A stretch of DNA of 64,000 nucleotides from NCBI RefSeq assembly GCF_009914755.1, contig NC_060928.1. One strand, 5' to 3'. Below, piece after piece: positions 43,668 to 56,914 of the stretch. A model generated the notes under the pieces. It did not search any database. It saw nothing but the letters and a program-made list of their open reading frames with translations, and was not told the origin of the DNA. How positions within the stretch are numbered: position 1 is the stretch's first letter; the number at the start of each line of letters is the position of its first letter. Source of the stretch: the human T2T-CHM13v2.0 reference genome, Homo sapiens. Made by a program: the position numbers and the translations under genes.

Positions 43668-44583
43668 TGATCTCTCTTTAAGTGAATGATATTAATGTTT
43701 ACCCAGTTGCCTTACGTGGGAGACAAACGTCTGATTATAGCACTTCTCTGTTTGCAACTTTTCAAAGGCTTCCCTTTCCTTTAAGGAGAAAGTCTATACT
43801 CTGAAACCTGACTTACATGTCCCCTCATGGTTTGGTTCCTGTTTTCCTTTCCAACTTTGGCTCTCAAGCTAGTATAATTTTCCCTCCATAATCCAGTAAC
43901 TATCACTGAAATTATTTCCATTCCTTAAGAGCCCCGTGTTTTGTTGTCATATCTAAATTTTAAAATATGCATTTCCCTGCGACTGTAAGATATATTTCCA
44001 CTCTGCGTTATAAGTATGGTGCAGATGGTGGAAGACATGTCTGCTTACCGTTATATTCCCACCCTCAAGATGGTGCATGGCATTGAGTAGACAGTAGAAG
44101 ATGGCACAATAACACTCAGCCTTGTTATCAGTTATTCTGTTCTGGATATTTTGACCCTATAAATGTTATTGTTGTGGTTGTTGTTATTATAACTTGTTTA
44201 TTTGTTTGTTTTGAGGCAGACTGGTACGTCTTTTAATGTGCATTTATAGGGTACTAAAGCAATTTGAAGAAAAGCAAGTATACTATTTATCACAACCATG
44301 TTCTGAACAGTCTCTGAATTTTGATAAAAAGCTACAGCCATTTATTTTTAGGGACAGAGTCCCAGCCAGAAGCCCTTATTTTCCTCACTGTATGAGAGTC
44401 ACACTTGCAGTGAGAGCTATGGGGAAGGCCAGTTAGCCATGGGTGTCACCACATGGGAAAAACTGATCTTTTAAATATGAGTGAAGTATATAAGTTATTT
44501 ATAACTAATTCATGATATACCTGGGCAGAAAAGTTGTGTTTTCAATGGTTTTATTAACGTTGCAAACAATTTATCATTTTTCT

Positions 44584-44966
<383 letters not shown>

Positions 44967-46443
44967 TAGAGTCAGAACAAATAAAATAACATTATTTTAA
45001 CTTTCATATCTCTACCTTTAAATTGGTGTTACTAGTGATTTGAATTTGTTAATTTGCTTTACTTTGTAATATTCATTACTTACTGGATGCTTCTGAATTT
45101 TAACAAAAAGTACTCTATATTTACAAAGGTAATAACCGTCCTACACAACATTTTCATTAGTTCAGGCTGTTGGGAAGCTTGAAGACTTCAGTGTAAGCAA
45201 CATATGCAATATGTTCTAATTTTTCCACATGAAGTAGTAGTATAGACTTACAGAAGTTACTCAGACACCGTGAAAATGATATATGTTCTACAAATGCATT
45301 AATACTACTACTGATTCTAGAAAATAGCCCCAGTGTTCATCTATAGTATTCTACAGCTGGAATTAAAAGAAATAATAATAATAATAAGATATGTGAAGAT
45401 AATTTAACACGATGTGTGCAATTCAATTAAAACCCAAAACATTTCTTCAAGCTTTTGCAGATTTATTTCTATTACTCTTAGATTTTAAAACTAAATTCCA
45501 ATAGCTAGATGATTCTGTTAGCACCACCGAGCCTATCAACGTGACAAAATATCTTAAAGAGATACTAACACGCATGCATCATTAGCCATTAAAAATTCTC
45601 CCTCAGTTATTGGAACAGATGGTAGGAATAGCACATCTTGGAAACTACTTGGCTAATAGGAATATAAACCATCCAGAATAAATAAAACTACAAATTAATG
45701 TACTTTCCTTCAAATCTTGCTGAAAATATGTTCAAAAAATGTAAAAGAAAAGTAGAGATTGAAAAATAAAAATCAAGTGTATATTTTTATCACAAGACAA
45801 AACAAGAAACCGAATGTGATCCAGGAAATATATAGAAGATTGATTGCAGAAATGAGGGCATATAATCTACATAAAACAACTATGGTAATACACAGTAGTG
45901 ATTGTATCTGGTTAATACATTATTAGAGTGGTAACATGTCCAGCCAAAAACAATAGTGTTTAATGAAGACTGTTAGTGTTTAAGTAAAGATAACTATTTT
46001 TCCTGATGATGCTGCTTATATGAATCGATTTTTTAACCTTACAGAATTTAGTCACTGATTGGTGATGTGTACTTTTATAAAATTTAATTCTGTTTATAAA
46101 CTTTAAGGATCCTAAGCTAAATAAACATAATGAAGTTTATTATAAAAATAAAGCAGTTCAACCTTTTGAAGACCCACAGATTTAGCAACTAATCTACTCA
46201 TTTACTAATAATTGTATTAAATTTAATTCACTTTCCAGAGTCTATATGATGAGCTCTTAAAGCATAGTGGTCATACATTATTTGCATACATTGTAAGAAT
46301 GCTTGAAATTCCATTTATAGTGCCTTTGAAGGAACTTTAGTTTATCATTGGAAAGATGCTATGATAATTAGAAGGCATTGTAAATAGATTATTGCTCATG
46401 ACAACCGCATTCTTTCATCATGGCCCAAATTCATGACTTGTCC

Positions 46444-46451
<8 letters not shown>

Positions 46452-46479
<28 letters not shown>
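46452..46479. repeat. (CA)14 microsatellite
   Basis: Perfect run. Confidence 0.95.
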
Positions 46480-46769
46480 TTGGATCTGTGCAAATAAAAA
46501 TGCATTCTTAAGAGAAGTAACATTTGAAATGTAGAATACATAACACTTTAAGACTATGTTCTATTACATATTATTTTTGGAAATGGCAAATAGCATGGGA
46601 ATTGATTATCTTAGGCATATGACCCTCACATGCTCTTCTAAATCTTCAAATTTATTTGAAAAGGTGTCTGGTACCTGTTACAAACACCAAGACCCATCAG
46701 CTATCTAGTTGTGTTTTCTTAAGACAAAAACAATTTAGCTGGCAGAAATAAGAAAATTGCCTCCGAAGT

Positions 46770-48262
46770 AAATTCACCAAATTTACACTTACAACCAAAT
46801 GATTTTTGACAAAGGTGCTAAGAATATACACTGAGAAAATGAGACCCTCTTCAATAAATGGTCCTTGGAAAAATGGACATCCACATGCAGAAGAATAAAG
46901 CTAGATGCCTATCTCTCCTCAAACACAAAATTCAACTCAAAATGGATTAAAGACTGAAACATGAAACTATAAAATTACTGAAAGGAAACGGGAAATGCTC
47001 AGGACACTGGTTTAGGCAAAGATTTTATGGCTAACACTTCAAAAGCACGGGCAATTCCCCCAAATTCTGACAAATGGAATTAAATTAAACTAAAACACTC
47101 TTTACAGAAAAGAAAACAATCAACAAAATGAAAAGACAACCTGTAGAATGAGAAAAAAATTGCAAAGTACTCATTTAACAACAGACTTATATGTAACATC
47201 TGCAAAAAACTCAACAGCAGGAAACAAAACAAAAACGAAAAAAAACTGAATAATGTAATTAAAAAGTGGGTAAAGGAACTGAACAGATATTTCTCAAAAG
47301 GAGATATGCAAATGGTCAATAGGCATATGAAAAATGCTCAACATTATTAATCATCACTGAAATGCAAATAAAAACCACAATGAGATAACAAATATATTTT
47401 AACTGGATTAGTTAGAATGACTTATCAAAAAGTTAGAATGGCTATTATCAAAAAGACAAAAAATAACAAATGCTGGGGAGGATGTGGAGAAAAGGGAACT
47501 CTTGTGCAATGTTGATGGGAATATAAATTAGCACAGCCATTATGGACAAAGCAAGAAGATTTCTCAGAAAACTAAAAACAGAACCACCATATGACCCAGC
47601 AAGTCTACTACTAGGTATTTATCCAAAGGAAAGGAAATCAGTATATCAAAGGTATACCTGCATCACCATGTTTATTGCAGCACCATGCACAACTGGCTAA
47701 GACATGGAATCAACTAAAATGTCCATCAACGGAGAGATGGATAAAAAATGTGTTATGTATACATATAAATGAATGAATCCTGTCATTTGCAGCAACATGG
47801 CTAGATCTGGAGTATATTAAGGGAAATAAGTCAGGAACAGAAAGATAAATATCACATGTTTGCGCACATACGTGAAAGCTAAATTTTAAAAAATTAAACT
47901 CATGATAGTAGAGAGTAGAATTGTGATTATTAGAAGCTAGGAAAGGGAGAGGGTGGGAAAGATTAGGAAATATTTGTTAACAGATACAAAGCTACAGCTA
48001 GATGACCAGAATGAGTTCTTGTGTTTTACCGCACTATAGGTTGAATATGATTACCCATAGTTTATTATATATTTTCAAAAGTCTGGAAGACAGAATTTTG
48101 AACGTCCAGTCCACAAAACAGTACATGTTTGAGGTAATGGATATGCTAATTACCCTCATTTGATCATTATAATTGTATACACATGTGGAAATATCAATCT
48201 ATATTCCATAAATATGCACAATTGTTATGTGTCAATCAAAAATAAAAGGAAAAAATAAATAA
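46770..48262 (+). mobile_element. L1MA (MA3-5-like) 3' ~1.5 kb
   Basis: GATTTTTGACAAAGGTGC, CTCTTCAATAAATGG, ACCATATGACCCAGCAA; 3' end GGATATGCTAATTACCCT..TTGATCATTA..TGTGTCAATCAAAAATAAAA. Confidence 0.9.
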
Positions 48263-48565
48263 GAGGAGTACATTAGCTATGCCCTCGCCCCCTCCTTGGC
48301 CCCCACGCTCACCATTTGCCACAGTAAAGAATTTGCTCTGGGCAAGAGAAATATTTTCACTAACTACAAATTTTAACATCTTCTTAATAAAAACTCACAC
48401 CAATTCCATTTTTTCCACCCAGAGGATAAAGTAAGCATCTCTTTTCATATTAAAAGTTCGGGCAGGGGAGTGAGTTTGTCCGAAGGCAAAGATAATTTCA
48501 GCAGAGGAAGACTGATGCTATAGTCCTATCCCATCTCTGTCCTGGTGGGCAGTCTCTCCTCTCCT

Positions 48566-48618
48566 TTCTCTCTCTCTCTCTTCCCCACTCTCCTTTGTGT
48601 GTGTGTGTGTGTGTGTGT
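48566..48618. repeat. Compound (CT)n..(TG)n simple repeat
   Basis: Read directly. Confidence 0.85.
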
Positions 48619-48911
48619 CTCCTAATTCTGCATTTTTCTCTACAGTTTTTGTCCTCTGGCATACTTTATAGTAGTCTCTAAATTTACTTCTCTATCTTCT
48701 CTCTAAACCATAAGCTCCATGATAAAAGAATTTTGCCTTTCCCTACTACCATATCTCCAGTATCTAGAGCAGTGCCTGCAAAGAGTGGACCTTTAATAAA
48801 TACTTATTGAATTAAAATTTCCCCTTTATCCTGAGAGTTCCTGTCTCCCAAATTAATATCCCAAGTCACCTATGATCAGATTTTTTTAATCACTTTTGCC
48901 AAATGTCAAAA

Positions 48912-49070
48912 GAAGACTGGCTACATAATTTAAGACCAGTGAAAAAATGAATTGTCTAAAATTATTAAGAATTTCAAGACAAAGACAGCAGAGCATTAAA
49001 CAAAGCACAAGTACTTCTGAGTGTGGGGCCATTGACAACTGTACAGACCTCACACGTGTGAAGCCACCCT
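48912..49070. mobile_element. MER53 (hAT-type non-autonomous DNA transposon)
   Basis: GGCTACATAATTT..CCAGTG..AATTATTAAGAATTTCAAGAC..GACAGCAGAGCATTAAAC..TGAAGCCACCCT. Confidence 0.8.
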
Positions 49071-51477
49071 TGTTCAAAACCCTTTGTGTTTAGACTTTTA
49101 CATAACAAATAAGGAAACAAAGATATTCTTTAACATTCCTAATACCATTGTTTATAGATAGCCAACTATAAAAGGGACCGGAATTGGGATACTGGTTGAA
49201 GTGATGTATGTAAATTGAATCAGTAGAGAAGAAAATTTTACATGGAAGCCAGGGCAGAGTGATATTGTCATTTACAGTACACTTATTTTAAAAAATTAAA
49301 TAAATTTTTGCACCCTCCAAGTTCACTGTTAGTTATATGTTATTACTAGATCTCTATATGATCAATAATATTACACCTCAACACTACACACATGTTGAGT
49401 TGTGATATGGAGTGCTGTGGCGGCTGCTGTGATCCTCTATAAAAGGGTTTTTAATCTCCGTTTAGCAGCCAGTGGACAGCCAGGAGTGGTATAATTAGAC
49501 ATCATTCAAATTTGAGGGAACAAACTTGAAAATTGAAAAATTGCAGAGAAGACAATTGATATGCCAAGTAGGACTTCCTAGGCAGAATAAGAGACAGAGT
49601 TAATCAAGACTCATTAGTGTGGTCCAAGACAAAATGAGATATAATGGATGAAATGAGAAATTTTGGTGCTAGTGTCATAATTGCAATTCTTCCATTACAG
49701 TATCCTTTTATAAGCAGTTTGGTTCATCATACAGAGGTGAACTTAGCAGGGCTAGAATACAAAATTGTGTCACATACACCTTTTTTTTTTTTTCTGGAGT
49801 TTAGAGTTTACATAATCACAATACCATAAATGCCAATCATAATTATATAAGTATTTTTAATCTATTATAAAACCTAACTTACGCCCAATGAAAAGCTATA
49901 TTTAAACCAGGTGTATAATGTCAGACTTTGACCCAGTGTTTATTTCAGTGTTTTTAAGTGTCACTCCAAAAGAAACTCTTCTTTTTTCACACCTCCACTC
50001 CAGGACTGTAGAATACAATTCTGTGTATAGTGTTTCTGAATGTTCATAATATCCAGAATTAGAAAATGCAGTCAGTTGAAGCACATTATGAATAAAAAGA
50101 GGCACTTTCTTTCTAACATATAAAGAAGTGCAAACTATTCATTTTTAAAAGAAAAAACGTTCAGAATAACACAGGTTTGCTTTCTATTCCAATGTTTGCT
50201 TCTTCTTTGAGAGTGAAAATAAAACAATAGAAAGAGACATGAAATTAACATGTTTATTTCAATATATTTTATATTCATATTGTTTCTTTGTTCTAGAAAC
50301 TTCTCCACCTTAACTTCCTAACAATAAAGTACAACTCTTCCTGTGACACTTGAGATTAGATAGTTTCTGGTGATTTACTTTATGATGATATCACAGATGA
50401 GTAATAGTTGTGAAAAACAGTCAGTAGCCTATGTTAAAGATTTCCCCAAAGGGAAAGGATTTTTGTGTAAAAGAGAATAAGAGAAGTTCTCATCACAAAT
50501 TTACATTTGAAAATAGCGTATTTAGAGGTGGAGAAAACAGTTTTCTCAAAGCAGTGATTATATAAGAACAGCTGTGATGACTGGATCTCAGCCAAAACTT
50601 TCACATACTCTCAACCCTGTTAGGATACAGCAATAAGGTATCAAATTTAACCATTAGTTAATAGGAGATAGGTCTTAATTAAATATTGGACTCATGCCAT
50701 CATCGTTACAGTGAAGGCAAATTAGGAAGTAGACGCATGTGAAAATAATTATAAGACAGAGTGAGAGATGTACCTTGGTAACAATGTTTAATTCAGGTGA
50801 CTCAGAGCCCAGAGTTGTGCCCTATTTGATCTGTATATAATTCTGACACATTTTGCCACTTGACTTAGAAATTTTTTTAAAAAAACTAATTTGACAATTA
50901 GACAACTATGGGTTAAAGAAAAAATAGTGGATCATTTTGTAAGTGACCCACATTAGACCTAAGGTTGCATATTTTCTCCTTAAATAGTTTTGTCATATGC
51001 ATGTAAACAGGAAAGGAAGAAAAAAGAAGTGCTTTTCTCTTATCATTCTACATCATTCTATCTCTTTTTAAATTAACAATAGTTTCATCAAGAAAAGACT
51101 TTTTAAAAAAATCAGAAAACCAAAAGTTAAAGCAGAGATGAGCCCAACTGTCTTTTCTCTCTTCCTTCCATTCACTCAATCTGTTAAAATTTTCTTTACT
51201 CTTTTGTGAAACTCTACTTGTTGAGAAATGTAAAAAGTAATTTGCAGTTACAAGATTCACTACTCTTATTAATAAAACAAAAACTGGGAAAATGTAATAA
51301 ATTACAATATATAACATTTAAAAAATGAAGGTAATTTAAAACAAAACTTCACCTTTTAATTCAGAATTTTACTTTTGAAAGATGGCAAAAAACAAACACA
51401 CACTTGACTATTGCTTATTTTGTAAGATGTGTGCAAAACATAATATAGATCTCTATCTTTATGTATATTATACTAGT

Positions 51478-52159
51478 TTTAAAAAATATTTATTTTTTTT
51501 TTAGTTGACAAAGTAATTGTACACATTTATGGGGTTCAATGTGATGTTTCAATACATGTATATATTGTATAATGATCAAATCTGGGCATCATGCATATTC
51601 CGCACTTCATATATTTAGCATTTATTTGTGGTAAGAACATATAAAATCCTCTCCTCTGGCTATTTTGAAATACACAACAGTGTTAACCATAGTTTCCCTA
51701 ATGTGTACTAGAACACCAAAACTTATTTCTTCTCTCTACTTGTAAATTTGTACCCATTGACAAATCTTTCCCCCACCTCCCTCTCCTCTCCCCTCCCCAC
51801 CCTCTGCTAACCACTATTCTACTCTCTATTTTCATGAAATCATGTGTTTTAGATTCCGTATATGAGTGAGATCATGTGGGTATTTGTCTTCCTGTGCCTG
51901 GCTTATTTCCTTTAACATAATGTCCTCCAGGTTCATCCACGTTGTTGCAAATAGTGATATTTCATTCTTTTTATGGCTGAATAGTATTCCCCTGTGTATG
52001 CATACCACATTTTCTTCATGGATTCATCTATGGGTGGGCACATAGGTTGATTTCATATCTTGGCTATTGTGAATAGTGCTGCGGTGAACATGGGGTGCAG
52101 ATCTCTTTGACACAGCTTCATTTTCTTTGAGTATATAACAATAGTAATGTTGGTGGATC
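51478..52159 (-). mobile_element. L1MA (MA6-8-like) 3' end
   Basis: AATTGTACACATTTATGGGG..TGATCAAATC, TAACCACTATTCTACTCT, TTTTTATGGCTGAATAGTATTCC. Confidence 0.88.
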
Positions 52160-52329
52160 TTTTTTTCCCTTTTATACTATGCTATTTCACAGTGTCTGAA
52201 AATAATTACTTTTTACATATTGCCCAATGGCAGGAATGTATGGGAGGACCCTCCTAACCTCTCAATGCAGGAAGGAGAAGACTCTGTTCTTCATTGAAAC
52301 AGGTAGCTCAGTCCTCCCACTATTGCAAG

Positions 52330-53885
52330 ATTTTAATGTAAAATAGCTTTAACTTTTAGAAAAGTTGCAAGAATAGTTCATAGAACTCCTGTATATCATT
52401 TAGCTAGAGTCTCTACTCACTTTTCACCAACTGTCCCAGGAACAGCCTTTGGAGGAAAGGTTCCAGTTCAGGATCATACATTGTACCTGGGTATCTTGTC
52501 TCTCCAATCACTTTCCATCTAAGTCAGTCCCTTGATCTTTCTTTGATTTTTAAGTACTTTAGTATTTTTGAAGATTATTGCTGAAGAAGTTAAGGATGAA
52601 ATACCCTCAATTGCCCCAACCTAGCATATGGATTATTTTGAGCTGAAAGCACTTGAGAAGCATCAGTATCAGAGAGACTTATCTGAACTTCCCTTTCTCA
52701 TCTATAGCAAGCCATTAGAATTCCTGTGAGAATGCCGCCTTCCCTCACCAACACAAGAACACAACCTGTATTACCAGTGATTGAGAAGTGATGCTGCAAT
52801 GGATTTTAATATATAAATAAAAGTAGTAAATAAACCTTATCTTCTACTTGGCTTTATACCCCTCTGTGTAGCTCCTAGTTACTTCCCTAGAATTCACAAC
52901 AACTAGTCCAGACTCCAATGTTTTTATCATTTTTTTCACAAGATTTATCATTCTTTGTTTAAAAAGAACTAAAGCTTCCTGCTTTGGCTATTACTTCAGG
53001 TCTTCCCTCTCTCATGAGGATCTCCATGTAAAATTAAGAAAACTTGTATGCTTTTTTCCTTGTTAATCTGGTTTGTGTCAGTTTGGTTCCTAGACCCAGC
53101 CAAAGATCCCACTGAAGAACTATAATGGCTGGCTGAGATCTTTAGGCACCCCTACATAATCCAGTCATTTTGTAAAACATCCCTCAATTTGGATTTGTTC
53201 AATATTTCTTTATGATTAGACCCAGGGAATGCATATCAAATTTGCTATGTGCTTTCCCTTGCAATCTCTGGGTGGCACCTGATATTTCTCCGTTCCACGA
53301 CTGACGGTAATGACTATGTCCACTTTATAAAGATGATACATCAAGGTTTTTTTCCTTTTCTGTAAATTTCCTTTTTTGTTCCTTTGTGTTTAATAAATGT
53401 TTTGGTGGGAGATACTTTGAAACCATTTAAAACCCTCCTATTCAACCCTTTCACCCACTCATTTTAGCACACCTTAATGTTGCTGGAATTAATTGTATAG
53501 TGACTGCCAAACAGTGATGTTCAAATGTACCAAATCCTTATAGCTGTTAGCTGGCATTCCACTGTGTGGAAGAATTTGCCATTATCATATGATTCATTAA
53601 TTCATTAACTTAGATGCATGGACTTCCGGATTCTCATGTTACTGAATGAATTATAATTTGTTACTATCATTAGTTGTTTTGATGCTCAAATTCTCCCATA
53701 TTTGGCTGCTGGAAACCCATTAATGTTGGCTTTTCTGTCTTTAAAAAAATCCCTACATTCTTTGCACACTTCCTAATTCTCTGGCACTCATGATGTTCCA
53801 AGTTCTCTTGTACTTGCACTTCCCCAGTCCTAGTATCCGCCATTTCTCCATGGAGCCCTGGTTCGTTTTAGTGGGGAGCAGTGTT
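52330..53885 (-). mobile_element. L1MC4/5-like 3' region interrupted by an LTR
   Basis: AGAAAAGTTGCAAGAATAGT.., CATCCCTCAATTTGGATTTG, GATGCTCAAATT, CCATTTCTCCATGGAGCCCTGGTTC. Confidence 0.75.
52579..53156 (+). mobile_element. Solo ERV1-class LTR (MER89/MER90/LTR54-like)
   Basis: GCATATGGATTATTTTGAGCTGAAAGCACTTGAGAAG near the 5' end; TGTATGCTTTTTTCCTTGTTAATCTG; ends CCCCTACA. Confidence 0.7.
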
Positions 53886-53886
53886 T

Positions 53887-54007
53887 GATACAGAAAAAGA
53901 GATGCACAGGGCAAGGTTGTGTGGGAAAGAGCATGGGACTTCCAGATCCTCTCCAGGCATGCCTCCCTTCAGGAACTTCCACATTTTCACCTATCAGGAA
54001 ACTCTCT
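53887..54007. mobile_element. MER21-like LTR fragment
   Basis: GAGATGCACAGGGCAAGG..GGACTTCCA..CTCTCCAGGCATGCC..CAGGAACTTCCAC. Confidence 0.6.
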
Positions 54008-54724
54008 GGTACATTATAATATTAGTAAGAAGGAATGCTGTGCAGCACAACATTATTTAATAAAAGCAAAAGATCATATGGAAAGAAATGCTCAAAGGAT
54101 TGTCTCCGCACCAAAATGTAAACACCACATAGGTGAGGGCTTTGTACTTTTTATTCACTTCTGAATTCCTACCCACCCCACCCCCCCACACACACACACA
54201 GACACACAGAATAAATAACTTGCCACAAAACATAAATGCCATAAGATTTAGTTGAGAAAAATCTATTAAGGATTAGGGTACTCAAGAAAACTATCAATTT
54301 TCATGTTTGCCCTAGGTCTATACATTTAGATTTTGAAACATAAGCAGCATTTGGGTAGGGAAACTCCAGACAGGCATTTCAGACAATAGAAACTATAGGA
54401 AGAAGGACATAGAGACATAAAATGAAACTTATGTTATTGTTGGGTGGTGGTGCAACTAGACTGGGTTGAGAAAGCAATTAGTGTGAGCTTGAGGTGTGTT
54501 TTTGTGTGTGTCTGTGTGTATATAGGGAAGGGATAGAGAGATTATGCTAAAAATAGATTGTAAGGGGTTGAAAGTCAGTTTGAAAAGTTAGGCAATAGAA
54601 AAATTACATGTATATATGTTCAGGATAATTGTATTTCCTGTATTTTTATATTATAATTTATTTCAGGATAATTTAAAACTGAATATATTTGTGGCAAAAG
54701 AAGATGAATAGTGATGCACCAAAT

Positions 54725-54939
54725 CAGGAGTTAGCAGATTATAACCCATGGGGCAATTTCATCAGCCACCTGTTTTTGTAAATAAAGTTTTATTAGAACA
54801 TACCCACATCAGTTTATATTATCTATGGCTGCCTTCACACCACAATGGCAGAGTTGAATAGTCATGACAGAGAACATCTGGCCCATAAAGCCTAAAATAT
54901 TTAACATCTGGATCTTTACAAAATATTTGCCAACTCTTG
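54725..54939. mobile_element. MER58A, full length
   Basis: Terminal inverted repeats CAGGAGTTAGCA / TGCCAACTCTTG; CTGTTTTTGTAAATAAAGTTTTATT; GGCAGAGTTGAATAG. Confidence 0.85.
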
Positions 54940-55333
54940 CTCTAGATAAAAACAGAAAACAGGGTGCTTGCTGGTGGGTTATATTTCTACAGAAATATAT
55001 ATGCCATATTTTACAGAGAACAGGGCAAACAGTTCTTTCTGAATTTGGAGGAAGTAGGTGTACAGAGTGTGAATTAAAGTCTTGGAGTCAGAGTCACATC
55101 TTTAATCCTTGAGTCTCATGTCCCAGGACATGGAAGACAATGCCATCAATTTATGTGGAAAGAGTAGTGTGAGTAGACTGCAGGGCTCAGAATATATTGT
55201 GATTTAGCAACCAATGCAAGAATGTCAAGAAGCCAGTGTGTCTCACCTGTTTAGTGCAATGATAGATGCTCTCTGCTGCAACAGATAACTCTTTAGGTAA
55301 ATCAATCTGTGTCTTTCTCTCTGTCTCTCTCTT

Positions 55334-55336
<3 letters not shown>

Positions 55337-55376
<40 letters not shown>
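55337..55376. repeat. (CA)20 microsatellite
   Basis: Perfect run. Confidence 0.95.
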
Positions 55377-55379
<3 letters not shown>

Positions 55380-55437
55380 GCAGCAGGAGAAGCATTTCAC
55401 AAAAGCCCAAACGAGACTGATAAGGAAAAAAACATGT

Positions 55438-55681
55438 TAGACTTTTACCTGGTCTCCTTGTCCCAAAGGATATTCTTCTCCAAATCCTCTTCATGCTGTT
55501 ATCAATTAGGATATATTTGTACTGCCCAAACCCTACTCAGTTGGAATAAATGAGAAGTTGGAAATCCAGAGCTGGTTCAGACTTCCTACTGATTGACTCA
55601 GAAGTCCAACTTCATCATTTAAAACATAAGTTCTTTCCATCTTTCTGTTCTGCTTCCCAAATTGTCAACATCTTAATCAAC
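55438..55681 (+). repeat. 244-bp local duplication, copy 1 (probable inserted copy)
   Basis: Identical to 56378-56621 except for one base (55456 C vs 56396 T). Confidence 0.97.
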
Positions 55682-56054
55682 TGAACTTCAACTAATCTGA
55701 AGTTCAGTTGCTTCAGCCCGTAATTTCTTCATAATTCAGGACATCTATACTTTTAGTAAGTAGTATTGGAACGTTCAGTTTTATTTGGAAGATGAAAGAT
55801 ATTTTCATTGTCTGTTTTCTAACCCAACAGGATTGGAGTAGAAATATGAAGGAACAAATGGACAAATAAGTTTATGATCTTGCTCTCAAGTGGTGCTAAG
55901 TAGATGTGTTTGCTATAGATTATGAGACTGGCAATAAAAATACGAGAATAAAAATACAAAATATTATATTTGAAATATTTGATTTAATTAGCCATGTTTT
56001 CAAAACTAATCTGTGAGTTTTCACTATGTCATTCTTCAAAAAATTCCACAATGG

Positions 56055-56297
56055 ATACATCAGGGTCTTTAGAACCAAATAGATTTAAGATTAAATTTGA
56101 GATCTCCCAGTTATTAGGTACATGGTTTTTGCAATTTACTTAAACTCACTAGGCCTTAGATTCCTAATCTATAAAATGCGATAAAATGTCTGTGAGGCAG
56201 TATTTCAGTGAGTAATAATTAAGGAAAAATATGGAAAGTGTCGGACACAGTGACCTACACAGAACAAATGCTCTATAAATAGCAGTTACTATATTTT
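56055..56297 (+). mobile_element. MIR
   Basis: TTGCAATTTACTTAAACTC..TTCCTAATCTATAAAATG, ACACAGTGACCTACACA..ATGCTCTATAAATAG. Confidence 0.75.
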
Positions 56298-56377
56298 TGT
56301 TGTTTTATGACATATTAGGTTTAATTTCTCCAATAGCATAGTTCCATTACTATAATCCAAACCGTTAATTCAAACAA

Positions 56378-56621
56378 TAGACTTTTACCTGGTCTTCTTG
56401 TCCCAAAGGATATTCTTCTCCAAATCCTCTTCATGCTGTTATCAATTAGGATATATTTGTACTGCCCAAACCCTACTCAGTTGGAATAAATGAGAAGTTG
56501 GAAATCCAGAGCTGGTTCAGACTTCCTACTGATTGACTCAGAAGTCCAACTTCATCATTTAAAACATAAGTTCTTTCCATCTTTCTGTTCTGCTTCCCAA
56601 ATTGTCAACATCTTAATCAAC
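56378..56621 (+). repeat. 244-bp local duplication, copy 2 (probable donor)
   Basis: 243/244 identical to 55438-55681, offset 940 bp. Confidence 0.97.
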
Positions 56622-56914
56622 ATAACTTTTCTTCAAGGTTCTAGTGCCAGTAACAACCTGGACCTGGTTTACATTTGGCAAGGAAAAGAGGAACAGTGCC
56701 TTTATACAATTTGCTGTTATAAATGACAGATCCAGTTTCTTGGGATTACTTATACTGAGACCAAAAAGTTTTACCCTTGAGGTTGAGAGTACAGTTTCTT
56801 TTTAGACCTTTGAGCTGCGTCTTATGTGTTAGCATGAGAAAAACATAAGTATAGACTAGCTAATATTCACAATAAAACATTTCATACAACATTACTTCAG
56901 GATCTCTCTTAGGT

